Source of the DNA: Octopus vulgaris
Taxonomy: Eukaryota
Length of the DNA stretch: 64,000 bases
NCBI GenBank assembly: GCA_951406725.2
Contig: OX597814.1
Location: 52,824,001-52,888,000, forward strand
Direction: 5' to 3'
The notes beneath the pieces are model-generated. The model did no database searches and was not told where the DNA came from. It saw only the letters and a list, made by a program, of their open reading frames with translations. Every line of letters begins with the position of its first letter. Within the stretch, counting starts at the first letter, position 1. Positions 52,855-64,000 of the stretch are shown here, piece by piece. Position numbers and translations under genes: made by a program.

Positions 52855-53250
52855 TGCCCAAAGTGCCACACAGGGGGACTGTACCCAGAACCACATGGTC
52901 CTGGGTTCAGTCCAACTGCGTGGTACCTTGAGCAAGTGTCTTCTACTATAGCCTTGGGTTGACCAAAGCCTTGTCAGTGGATTTGGTAGATGGAAACTGA
53001 AAGAAGCCCATTGTATAAATATATATATATGTATGTGTTTGTGTGTCTGTGTTTGTTCTCCACCATCGCTTAAATACCGATGTTAGTGTGTTTACATCCC
53101 CGTAACTTGGCGGTTCAGCACAAGAGACTGATAGAATAAGTACTAGGTTTACAAAGAATAAGTCCTGGGGTCAATATGTTTGACTATAGGTAGTGCTCCA
53201 GCATGGCTGCAGTCAAATGACTGAAACAAGTAAAAGAAAAAAGAATAAAA
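52855..53250 (+). mobile_element. SINE family A with inverted 5' segment
   Basis: 52855-52895 is the reverse complement of 52896-52937; body and tail follow. Confidence 0.85.
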
Positions 53251-54269
53251 GAATATATATATATAGTAGATGAAACGGTGCATCGTCTAAGAAATTACAG
53301 GGTAAATGTTTTTTAATTTTCTCCTGGTTTACGGAATTGACGTTATTTTGCGGTTAAAGCTTTTTGGCTGTTATTTCTAGTGGGTGAATGGCCTATTATG
53401 GCCGTTCCTTGATTGTGATGTTGAACTTAAAATGGTTTATGACTATTTAATTTTTTCCCACTAGGCCGCTGGTGGCAAAAGAATTCTACAAAATTTTTTT
53501 TGCCACCCTATATTGATTAAATATATATATATATATATAAGAAAAAAAGTTTGAAAATGCAATTTAAACGATGTTTATTTACTTAACCGGTTTCACTCTT
53601 TGGTAAAAGATTGTCAAAAGTAACATTAAAAGTATCATTGAATAATATGGGTTCAAAAAAGTTTTTTTACATAATTGTCACATTGGATATTATGCATTCA
53701 AAAAAGTTTTTTACATAATTGTCACATTGGATATTATGAATTCAAAAATGTTTTTTTATACAAAATTGTCACATTACATGTATAAATATAGTGTTTGGTA
53801 ACAGAGAAGTTCAATAGTGTGATGAGAATATTTGGAAAAATTGGTAGAAAAGGATAAAACAAATATATTATTGGAAATTTGGTTGCGTTAATTATTGGTT
53901 GTCGCAAATTGTCACATTACATGTATATATATACAGTCTTTGGTATATATATACAATCTTTTGACAGCAAAAATTAAAATGGATTTTTTATACATCTCAG
54001 AATATTTTAAGTTGAAGGCGAGAATATGTTGTTACTGACCTGTTTGTTTTGGCAGAAAGGTTGAATTGAGAGAAAAAAGGTTGTACCCAGTGTGGTGTAT
54101 ACTTCCCCTTCAAGCATCAATGGTTTTGGGGTTATCAGGAGGTTAGTATGCCTGCTGGTCAAGCAGCGTCTGTTTGTCACACACATATATACACACACAC
54201 ACAAGGAATGCAGAAGCTTACACTATTATATTATTATATACAACACTATTATATACAACATTATATACA

Positions 54270-54826
54270 CTATTATATACAACAACATTCCACAACTAAA
54301 TCAAGACCCACGCCTGAAAAAAATACTGGCAGCTCATAAAATAATAAAAAGTAAGAGACAACCTAAATCCCTAAAAAACCTCCTCACCAACGCAAAATTA
54401 CACAACACAAACCCACCGCCCACCATCAAAAAATGTGGTCGCCCCAACTGCAAGACCTGCATCCACCTCATTGAGGGATCGTCGTACAAGTTCCACTCGG
54501 GACACACATTCATCATAAAAAATAATTTCACGTGCGCATCAAAAAATTTACTTTACGTCATAAGGTGTGAAGGATGCCACGAAGACTACATAGGGCAAAC
54601 GAGCCTTACCCTCAGAGAAAGAATGACAGTTCACCGACAACTGAGGGACCCCTCCACAAGACAGATACCACTAAGTGGACACTTAGACCTTTGTGCACAC
54701 AATAAGTCCCCCAAATTCTTAGTCTTCCCACTATACCAATGCTCGGACAACACCACAGACCAAACACGAATAAATAAGGAAAGTAATCTTATTCAAAAAT
54801 ACAGACCACAACTAAACATACTCTAA
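54270..54826 (+). pseudogene. PLE linker zinc finger plus GIY-YIG endonuclease (RT missing)
   Basis: KRQPKSLKNLL...KCGRPNCKTCIH...FTCASKNLLYVIRCEGCHEDYIGQTSLTLRERMTVH...LSGH...RINKESNLIQKYRPQLN*. Confidence 0.9.
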
Positions 54827-54929
54827 CATACCCCCTGGAAACACATCCAGAGCAAGCACACAGGGACACGCGCACACTCACAGCATATCGTGCGGGCGGG
54901 CACATGCACGCATAGGACACACTAGCGGG

Positions 54930-55147
54930 CATTGACCGCACACATACGTGGCATACACACGCATGCATTATATATATGTAGGTTATGTACGTGTGTGAGT
55001 GTTGTGTGTGTGTGTGCACGTTGTGTGTGTGTGCGCGTGTGTATATGTGTGTGTGTGCACTGTGTGCGTGTGTGTGTATGTGTGTGTGTGTGCGCGCGTT
55101 GTGTGTGTGTGTGTGTGCACGTGTGTATATATGTGTGTGTGTGTGTG

Positions 55148-55188
<41 letters not shown>

Positions 55189-55224
55189 CATTGTATACGT
55201 GTGTATGTATTTACATGTGTATTT

Positions 55225-55263
<39 letters not shown>

Positions 55264-55464
55264 AGTGTTGTGTGTGCATATGCATGGTATGTATGTATAT
55301 GTGAGTACATTGTTTGTGTGTGTGTGCGGTATGTAGAGATATATTTGAGTGTGTACGCTATAGGTTTGTAATTTGTGTGTGTGGGTGTGTGTGTGAATTT
55401 TTTATATATATATGTGTGTGTATGTGTGTGAAAAAATATATGTATGTGCATGTATGTATGTATG

Positions 55465-55521
<57 letters not shown>

Positions 55522-56296
55522 GTGTATGTATATGTGTGTGTGTGTATATTTATTTGCATGTTTATGCGTGTATAAACATGTGCATTATTTGCATGCGCAT
55601 TGTGTATATGTATATTGTATGTATGTGTATTGTATATGTATGTGTACAATTAAGTGTATATATGTGTGTGTATGTGTGCATTGTATATATGTATATTGTA
55701 GGTGTGCCATATGTGCATGAATACATGTATATACATTGCGTGTATATATATGTATGCATTGTGTATGTATGTTATGTGTGTGTGTTTATATATATTATAT
55801 GTATGCGTACGTGTATGTGTATGCATTGTATGTATGTATATTGTGTGTATATGTGGTATATCTATGTATGTGTATGTAAACACTATTTATATGTATACAT
55901 GTATATATGTATATGCATTGTCTATATATATATATATATTATATGTATGTATTGCGTACGTATATTGCATGCATATATTGTGTATGTGTATTATATACAT
56001 GCTGTATTTGTATATTGTATGTGTATATATATGCTAGGTGTATTTGTGTGATATTTATATTATGTATGGATATGTGCGTGTGTTGTGTGTGTGTGTGTGT
56101 GTGTTGTGTGTGTATGTGTGTTATATATATGTGTGTATATTATATATAAATACATGTTATATTTGTGTGTTGTGTGTATATATTATATATGTGGGTGCGT
56201 TGTGTGTGTGTGTGTGTGTGTTCTGTGTGTGTGTGTGTGTGTGTTGTGTGTATGTGGTGTGTGTTTGTATACTATGTGTGTGTGTGTGTGTGTTGT

Positions 56297-56330
<34 letters not shown>
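54930..56330. repeat. 1.4-kb degenerate (TG/TA)n tract inside the PLE 3' region
   Basis: Directly visible. Confidence 0.95.
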
Positions 56331-56333
<3 letters not shown>

Positions 56334-57011
56334 GTGTGACAAACAGACGCTGCTTGACCAGCAGGCATACTAACCTCCTGATAACCCCAAAACCATTGAT
56401 GCTTGAAGGGGAAGTATACACCACACTGGGTACAACCTTTTTTCTCTCAATTCAACCTTTCTGCTAAAACAAACAGGTCAGTAACAACATATTCTCTGCT
56501 TCAACTTAAAATATTCTGAGATGTATAAAAATTCCATTTTAATTTTTGCTGTCAAAAGATTGTATATATATACCAAAGACTGTATATATATACATGTAAT
56601 GTGACAATTTGCGACAACCAATAATTAACACAACCAAATTTCCAATAATATATTTGTTTTATCCTTTTCTGCCAATTTTTCCAAATATTCTCATCACACT
56701 ATTGAACTTCTCTGTTACCAAACACTATATTTATACATGTAATGTGACAATTTTGTATAAAAAAACATTTTTGAATTCATAATATCCAATGTGACAATTA
56801 TGTAAAAAACTTTTTTGAATGCATAATATTCAATGTGACAATTATGTAAAAAACTTTTTTGAACCCATATTATTCAATGATACTTTTAATGTTACTTTTG
56901 ACAATCTTTTACCAAAGAGTGAAACCGGTTAAGTAAATAAACATCGTTTAAATTGCATTTTCAAACCTTTTTTCTTATATAATCCCACTCGTGCGATACC
57001 CCACAACTCAA

Positions 57012-57049
<38 letters not shown>

Positions 57050-57051
<2 letters not shown>

Positions 57052-58440
57052 AGCTGAGTGGCCCATTATTGTTGGGTAATTTTCACAATAGAATGCTTTT
57101 ATTTCAATTATTTTATTCCTTGTGAGATCATGTCTTCTATGACAGGTGTTTTGATCAGACAGATATCTACATTATTAGGATCAACTTATAATGTCTCAAT
57201 AAATGAAGTTTTTTTGTTTTTCCATTTAGTGAATAGAGGTAAAGATTTTTCTTACTTCCTACTCTTCAGCATGTAACTTGAAGCTGACAATGGGTGAAGA
57301 CAGGGCTCTTCAAGGTGTAAACCAGCAACTAGAAATGTTTGCCCTTCTGATTTGTTGGTAGTAATGGCAAAACTAAGACTTACTGGAAATTGAAGTCATT
57401 TGAACTGGAATGCGACACTGTCTGCTGAGTCTGTGCTATGGAGGCTTTTGTGTGCTCATCATCTAATTGATGCAGCCTGTGCTCAGGTGTCTCCTGAGAC
57501 TATGTAATGGAGGCTCATAGCCTCATATTCTGGTACCAGTAATATGCAGGTGTTAATTTAATTGGCTATTCATATCTCTTGTAAAAATTGCCTTTGTGTC
57601 TAATCAAAAGAAATCATTATTTATCTGTTAATTTAAAAATTCCATTGTTCTTAGATACTTAAGAACCATGCTGTATAATCTAAAGCAACAAATTTTGATG
57701 TTTAGCAATTTGAGCTGATTCCAATATGGTTTAACCCTTTTCATGTCAACTCACTTGAAATCACCTTTGAATCTATGATACAAACTTCCTAATTCAAAGA
57801 GATCTTAATTAAAACCTTCTATCAAAATTTTATATTTATGTCCCAAACACCAACTTAGTGACAGAATTTGTTTCACTAAATTCTTCAATGCTTTCAAAAT
57901 TAATTGAAACAAAGGCAGTATTTTCAACAGAAATAAGATAACAAAAGAGTTAAGGGGTCATTTACTTATTTGATTTAATGACTTTGGCTAGAAAACTTGC
58001 CATTCACAAACAGTGCTAGATTCTAATAGTTGGTCTGTTCTGATCTAGATTCTAAATTTCTCACGACAGCATGCCTTTTTTGGTGCGAGGTAACAAGTAT
58101 CTTATTATGCACTTTGATACTTTATAAAATTTCTAGATCTTTATCCATTACTATGCTGCTGGTAAAAATATCTGTTAATTATATATGTACCTTCTTTTTA
58201 TAGTAAACTGTTATGTAGTGAAAATCTTGTTACTTACTATGGTGGTAATAGTCTATCTATTTCTACCTTTTACCCACATGCATACACACTCTCTCTCTCC
58301 TCTTAATGTATTTCTCTCTCAACAACAACCTCTTGTTATAGTGAAAGTCTTTTTTTAGCTGTGTTGCATTGGTTTGAAAGACTTGCGTTTTAGATTACCA
58401 TGTTTTTAATCAAAACTTGTTAGTTACTATGATGACAACA

Positions 58441-58490
<50 letters not shown>

Positions 58491-58663
58491 CACACTCATA
58501 CTCTCTCTCTCTCACACTACATTTCTCAACAACAAATTTTTCTTTTCCTCTTTTTCTAAAAATACATTGTGCATATTTTGATTCCTATCCTTCTTTCCAT
58601 CCCTCTAATAGATGTTGTGATGGACAGACAGATGGAGGTCTGCTTCTCTTTTATAACATAAGA
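57050..58663 (-). mobile_element. Non-autonomous Helitron carrying a Pif1 helicase C-terminal fragment
   Basis: Minus 57415-57240 reads FQFK*LQFPVSLSFAITTNKSEGQTFLVAGLHLEEPC. 5' end A|TCTTATGTTATAAAAG; 3' hairpin CCCA...TGGG then CTAA. Boundaries uncertain. Confidence 0.7.
57735..57949. mobile_element. TTAA-flanked piggyBac-type MITE
   Basis: TTAA-CCCTTTT...AAAAGAG-TTAA; reverse orientation relative to 11351. Confidence 0.75.
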
Positions 58664-59047
58664 TTAATATCATATAAGAGTGAAATTGAGTTGGTTGCAT
58701 ACTGACTAAAGGTCAATAGTTTGTATTCTGTCATCAGTACTGCCATGTATCAACAGTGAAACTTAACTCGCAAAAGTTCAATTCAGTAGTTATAAACTAG
58801 TACCATGAGTAAGCATAATTCATAATCATAAAATGATAGGTCTGTATAATTGACATGGGCTTTGTTCATTTGCACAAATTGTTTCAAGAAAGAGACAGAT
58901 TCCAACAGGTTTAGCTCACACCAAAACTCTTGTGTGATATTAACAATTATATTAGATAACAAGTTATTTAATAATAGAAAACTTAAAACACAGCCCAGCC
59001 ATTATCTAAAAAGAAAAAATAACAAGATAGAAAGAAAAATGACATAC

Positions 59048-59215
59048 GTTGAGTAGTCTCAGAAATACCGGACCACTTTTGAATTACAGAGCTAGATGCT
59101 GTGCATGGTAATTCTTGATATATTGCTAAATTTGACCATTTTACTATTCCATCTATGCTTCGTTTTGGATATATATTCAATAAGTGAGGAGAGTTATCTG
59201 ATTCAAGATTCAAGC
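59048..59215 (-). CDS. Probable internal coding exon (168 nt, phase 1-1) of an unidentified gene
   Basis: Acceptor ttgtttattttcag and donor GTATGT; open frame LNLESDNSPHLLNIYPKRSIDGIVKWSNLAIYQELPCTASSSVIQKWSGISETTQ; non-repetitive context. Confidence 0.5.
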
Positions 59216-59285
59216 CTGAAAATAAACAATCTGGTGTATTAGAAATGATTTTGGATCAGTTAGACACTCATACAACAAAACACAT

Positions 59286-59326
<41 letters not shown>

Positions 59327-59569
59327 CATATGCAAACATGCACATCCATACATATATACATATAATTGCAAAGATTTTGATCTGATATTATGTGATGAAA
59401 AGCTTTGATACTCATAAATAAATAATTAGAGAATAGAGAAATGATTAATAATTAGTGCAAGTGTCTAATTAGTGAAAATAATGATATTTCCAAAACACTA
59501 CAATAAACAAGAGATACTAGTTGTCTAGAAGATTGTTTGACATCTTTGTACAAAATGTTCTTAAATCAA

Positions 59570-60030
<461 letters not shown>

Positions 60031-60992
60031 AATGCACTTGCTAAGTTCCCCCGAGTGAGCAATACTGGCAGCGGGGCTACCACTGCGGATTTTTATAGCG
60101 GGTTGGCAGAGCACATGTCCGACGACATCCTGGGAGAGACTCTAGGCTTTGATAGGGACCAGCTTGTCAACCTGTTTGGAAGAACATTCGGGCCAAGGTA
60201 TCTGGATAACTTCCAGAAATCCCTGGCCTGGTTGTGCTACCTATTGGTCTTGCCAGTTTGAGAGAGGTTGTCAAGGCATGGTGTTGGTGCCCCAGCCACA
60301 TGCTCGAGGTGCAGGCATGTCAGTGAAACTGTCATGCACATCTTCGTACATTGTGAGGAACTGAGGGGATTGATAACCTATGTTGAACAACTGGTGTCAG
60401 AAACAGAAAGAGTATGGTTATCGATTGAGTCTATCATCAAGATTGTATCGCCTTCCTCCTGTAACAAGGAAAAGGAGGCATCATTTTTTTGCGTAGTAGC
60501 CGTATTGAATGAGATAGTATGGGTGGCACGTAGAAGAGGAATTGAGACAGGCAACTTTATTTCCGGACACGGGTTGGTTAGTTTTTTTAACTACCACCTG
60601 TCCAGGAAGATCAGTCTGGAGAAGAGATGCCTGTCTCAAAGAATGTTTGAGAAAAGATGGACAAATGTCATAAGGAAGTTGAGAGTGAATAGGGCCTCAC
60701 TAGTGTAGCCGGTCTGAACGGAAAAGAAGGAAAAAAAATGGAAGGAAAAGAGAAACGAAAAATTAATTATAAAAAGGAAAAAAGAAAAAACTAGCAGGTT
60801 GAGCACAAACCCGGAAAAAACTATATATTATTATTTAATTTTTAATTCATTTTAATTCATTGATTCACCATTTCGATTTCATTATACTTGATGTTTACTC
60901 TGACTAACTAATGTATAATCCCAGTCCCTAAATGCTTTTGTTTTGTTCTTGTGCTGTACCCTCTATGTTAACCATGTATTGGCAATAAAGAA
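60031..60992 (+). mobile_element. Tx1/L1-group LINE 3' end with CCHC zinc knuckle
   Basis: LDNFQKSLAWLCY...LPV*ERLSRHG...CSRCRHVSETVMHIFVHC...IVWVAR...FEKRW; 3'UTR ends at AATAAAG. Confidence 0.85.
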
Positions 60993-60994
60993 AT

Positions 60995-61445
60995 TAGTGA
61001 ACAGAGACAACTGGAGTTGGCCACTTGAGACAAACAGCCAGAGGGAGAAAGAAACTTACAATCAGCAATTATGAGACACAACTTCCCTCGACTCTCTAAC
61101 TTTCACTAGCTCACTTTCTTTCCTCTATAACATTACCTTATCTCTATCTGTGGCTTACCACTACACAACGACGACAACACAAACTATACAAAGAAAATCT
61201 ACAATATCTATCTTTACTTTGCATGCTTTACGAATGTATCATACTAGCCCGTTGTGGTTTTGGCTATATACAAAGTAACGGTAAATAAATGTTTGTTTAC
61301 AACTTTGGTCACTGTTCTTCTTTCATCTTGCACATCTGCAACATCAACACCTGTTACAAATTGCTAACAACCAACAGCCAACAATTATCATCACAATAAT
61401 CGTTATAACTGGTGACCTCTGACTTCACCTAACAATACCGTTACA
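60995..61445 (+). mobile_element. Possible LTR remnant
   Basis: AATAAA at ~61284, PBS-like TGGTGACC at 61410, ends ...GTTACA. Confidence 0.3.
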
Positions 61446-61480
61446 ACATACACGTACGCACACACACACACACACACACA

Positions 61481-61512
<32 letters not shown>

Positions 61513-62123
61513 ATGACACTTAAGCTACTGGTTTGCCACTTCTTTATGTTAGTGTGGTTTGTGCTTTAAATTTGCAAGCAGTTGTAGAAGTGCTAACCAA
61601 ACTGTCTATGGAGTATTTCTCTAAAACAAGTTCAACAAATGAATAAGTGAAAATCTTCAATAGATTTCCTTTTCCTCCAGTTAAAATATCAGAACAAGGA
61701 AGTATTTATGGACACTTAATTTCCTTGCTCTTCAAGATTTTTACTAAGCGCATAAGAAATGTGACATTTAGTCTTAAAAGTAAGCAAACAAGAAGTGATG
61801 GATGAAGTATTGTGATGGTAGTGGCGGAGGTGGTATATACAGACTGCATGAAGAAGACAGAAAAAAGAATGGAAAAGAAAAAGAAGGAAAATTTTGTAGA
61901 ACAATGGGTAAATGAAAGAAAATGAAAGAAGTGAAAAAGGAGGAAATGAGAAGACGGATGATAGGAATTAAATAAGATGTGATGAAAATGAAAAATTAAA
62001 TTAAAATGATGACGATGATGATAACGATTATGATGATGATTATCATGATGATGGTAAAATAGAAAAAAAAATGATAGAAGTAAGAGAAAGGAAAACAGCT
62101 GTTATTTCCAAATCTATTGTTTA

Positions 62124-62174
<51 letters not shown>

Positions 62175-62240
62175 GTATATGTATATATATATCTGTATAC
62201 ACACACACATACGTATATACATATATACATATATATATAC

Positions 62241-62280
<40 letters not shown>

Positions 62281-62311
62281 ATATATATATATATACAGAT
62301 ATACATATATT

Positions 62312-62745
62312 TATATATAATATGTGTATAATTTAGAGAAAAACCTCTATTAAACAATTCAATAATGAAAGATGCTATTCACAATTTATAGAAAACATAT
62401 ACTATAAAAACCTTATTCTAAAAATCAATGAAGTACAAAAACAATAAATAGTAAACAGTAGTAAAAAGACTAAGTGCATTTCATGGCTATATTTTCAAAT
62501 AGATAATAATAATAAAATCAATTCAATACGCCATATTTTCATGTGATATATTTCTTATAAACGCTAAGTTCTATGTATTAAGTTTAAATTCTTAGTTAAT
62601 AGAAATCCTTTGATAAGATAAATTATGTTTTTATTTTAAGAAATATTGTTAAATGTTTTTCAATTATTTATAGTTAATACATGTATTTTCTATATTTATT
62701 TGATAATTAATGTAAGTTAAGATATGTACATTTATTCTATTATTA

Positions 62746-62781
<36 letters not shown>

Positions 62782-63070
62782 CATTATTATTTTAGACCTG
62801 ATGAGTGACTATATTTTTAAACAGAATTAATTTTAGATCGATTTAATTTTAAATCGAATTGATTTTACTATTATCAATTTGAAAATATAGCCATGAAATG
62901 CGCGTAGTCTTTTTACTACTATTTACTAGTTATTGTTTTTGTACTTCATTGATTTTTAGAATAAGGTTTTTATAGTATATGTTTTCTATATGGTGTGAAT
63001 GACATCTTTCATTATTGAATTGTTTAATAGAGGTTCTTCTTCAAATTATATACATATGTTATATATATAT
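62312..63070 (+). mobile_element. Non-coding PLE end with ~215-bp inverted repeat
   Basis: Arms 62312-62525 and 62856-63070 are reverse complements; hammerhead overlaps the right arm; (TA)n flanks. Confidence 0.8.
62794..62910 (+). ncRNA. Type I hammerhead ribozyme with long branched stem II
   Basis: AGAC-CTGATGA-GTGACTATATTTT...AAAATATAGCCAT-GAAA-TGCGCG-TA-GTCT; predicted cut after 62906. Confidence 0.8.
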
Positions 63071-63720
63071 TTTTAATAATATATTATCATTATTAATATA
63101 AGGAAATCAATATCGAATTTTTCACAAAGATATACCCATATGAAAGACTTTATGTATTAAAAATATAGATAAATATTAAAAATATAAATATGATGTCTAA
63201 AATAAATTTGAAAGTTTAAAAGTTTTGAATTAAGTTTTTAAGCATCTTACGATCGTTTCACAAAAGGGTTGTCCCTATAATGAAGTTCTATATTGATAAG
63301 CACTTATAGACAACCCTTCTGCTCTTCAGAGATATAAAATATGAATATTGTATAATGTATCGAATGATATTTAAAAAAAAGATTTGAATTAAAATTGTAA
63401 AATGGTGTTTGCAGAAAGATGTTTGTAAAATAGTGTTTGTTTGAAATATAAAATAAAAAGTAAAAATTACAACTTTTGATGAGAGTCTTTAAATCCATAT
63501 ATATTTCCTTGGTTATTCTACTGCAATAATCCATAATATTCATACTCAAAATCTGTCATATTATCTTGCATTCCAGTATAGTTCATGTAGTTAGTTTAGA
63601 TATTTATTTATATACATTTTTAATACATAAAGTCTTTCATATGGGTATATCTTTGTGAAAAATTCGATATTGATTTCCTTATATTAATAATAATAATATA
63701 TTATTAAAAAATATATGTAT
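63063..63720 (-). mobile_element. Second PLE end with ~115-bp inverted repeat
   Basis: Arms 63063-63180 and 63602-63720 are reverse complements; internal hammerhead on the minus strand. Confidence 0.8.
63244..63333 (-). ncRNA. Type I hammerhead ribozyme, canonical core
   Basis: Minus strand ATCT-CTGAAGA-GCAGAAGGGTTGTC...GACAACCCTTTTGT-GAAA-CGATCG-TA-AGAT; 14-bp stem II, palindromic stem III, GUA triplet. Confidence 0.88.
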
Positions 63721-63915
63721 ATATCGCTCATATTAGATATATAAATACTTTAATAGTATTTATATTATTTTATACAATGGAGTACTTAAAATAAATTCAG
63801 TATATAATATTCTTATTGAATATATTTACCTAATTATTTATGTACATATGTTATATATTGTGAAATTTGATTTAAAATTGCTAAATTGAATTATTAGTTT
63901 TGGAATTATATTCCC

Positions 63916-63988
<73 letters not shown>

Positions 63989-64000
63989 CAGACATATACA

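Larger units (their letters stand above)
53535..57018 (+). mobile_element. 5'-truncated PLE with ~660-bp inverted pseudo-LTRs
   Basis: Arms 53535-54202 and ~56313-56980 are near-perfect reverse complements. Internal GIY-YIG ORF; unique 3' extension 56981-57018; (TA)n on both flanks. Confidence 0.9.

Noticed and set aside
54092-54270. N-terminal part of the 244-aa ORF
   Set aside because: Read-through from the inverted pLTR and junction stutter, not protein.
54922-56467. Many Cys/Val/Tyr/His-rich ORFs
   Set aside because: Translations of (TG/TA)n repeats.
52771-57263. 82-bp direct repeat as a giant target-site duplication
   Set aside because: The copies are diverged and correspond to the Helitron Pif1 3' end; too long for a normal TSD.

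Overview
AT-rich, intron- and repeat-dominated eukaryotic DNA, most likely cephalopod (Octopus-type SINEs and dense microsatellites; organism inferred, not proven). The only confidently identified host gene is TMEM231, a ciliary transition-zone MKS-complex gene. Its exons 1 and 2 lie on the minus strand (4340-4202, 1872-1703) behind a promoter with RFX X-boxes and an ETS site. Weak exon candidates suggest a second, unidentified minus-strand gene (best exon 59215-59048). The rest is mobile DNA: two ~3 kb 5'-truncated RTE LINEs plus RTE remnants, an RLE-type (HERO/NeSL-like) LINE end, a Tx1-like LINE end, mariner relics and a mariner MITE, hAT and piggyBac-type MITEs, Helitron pieces and several SINE families. 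The most notable content is a set of Penelope-like element (PLE) ends inserted in (TA)n tracts with inverted terminal repeats. Three hammerhead ribozymes have canonical cores (52609-52660 +, 62794-62910 +, 63244-63333 -), and several more have variant cores. All calls come from reading the sequence by eye; repeat boundaries are approximate.
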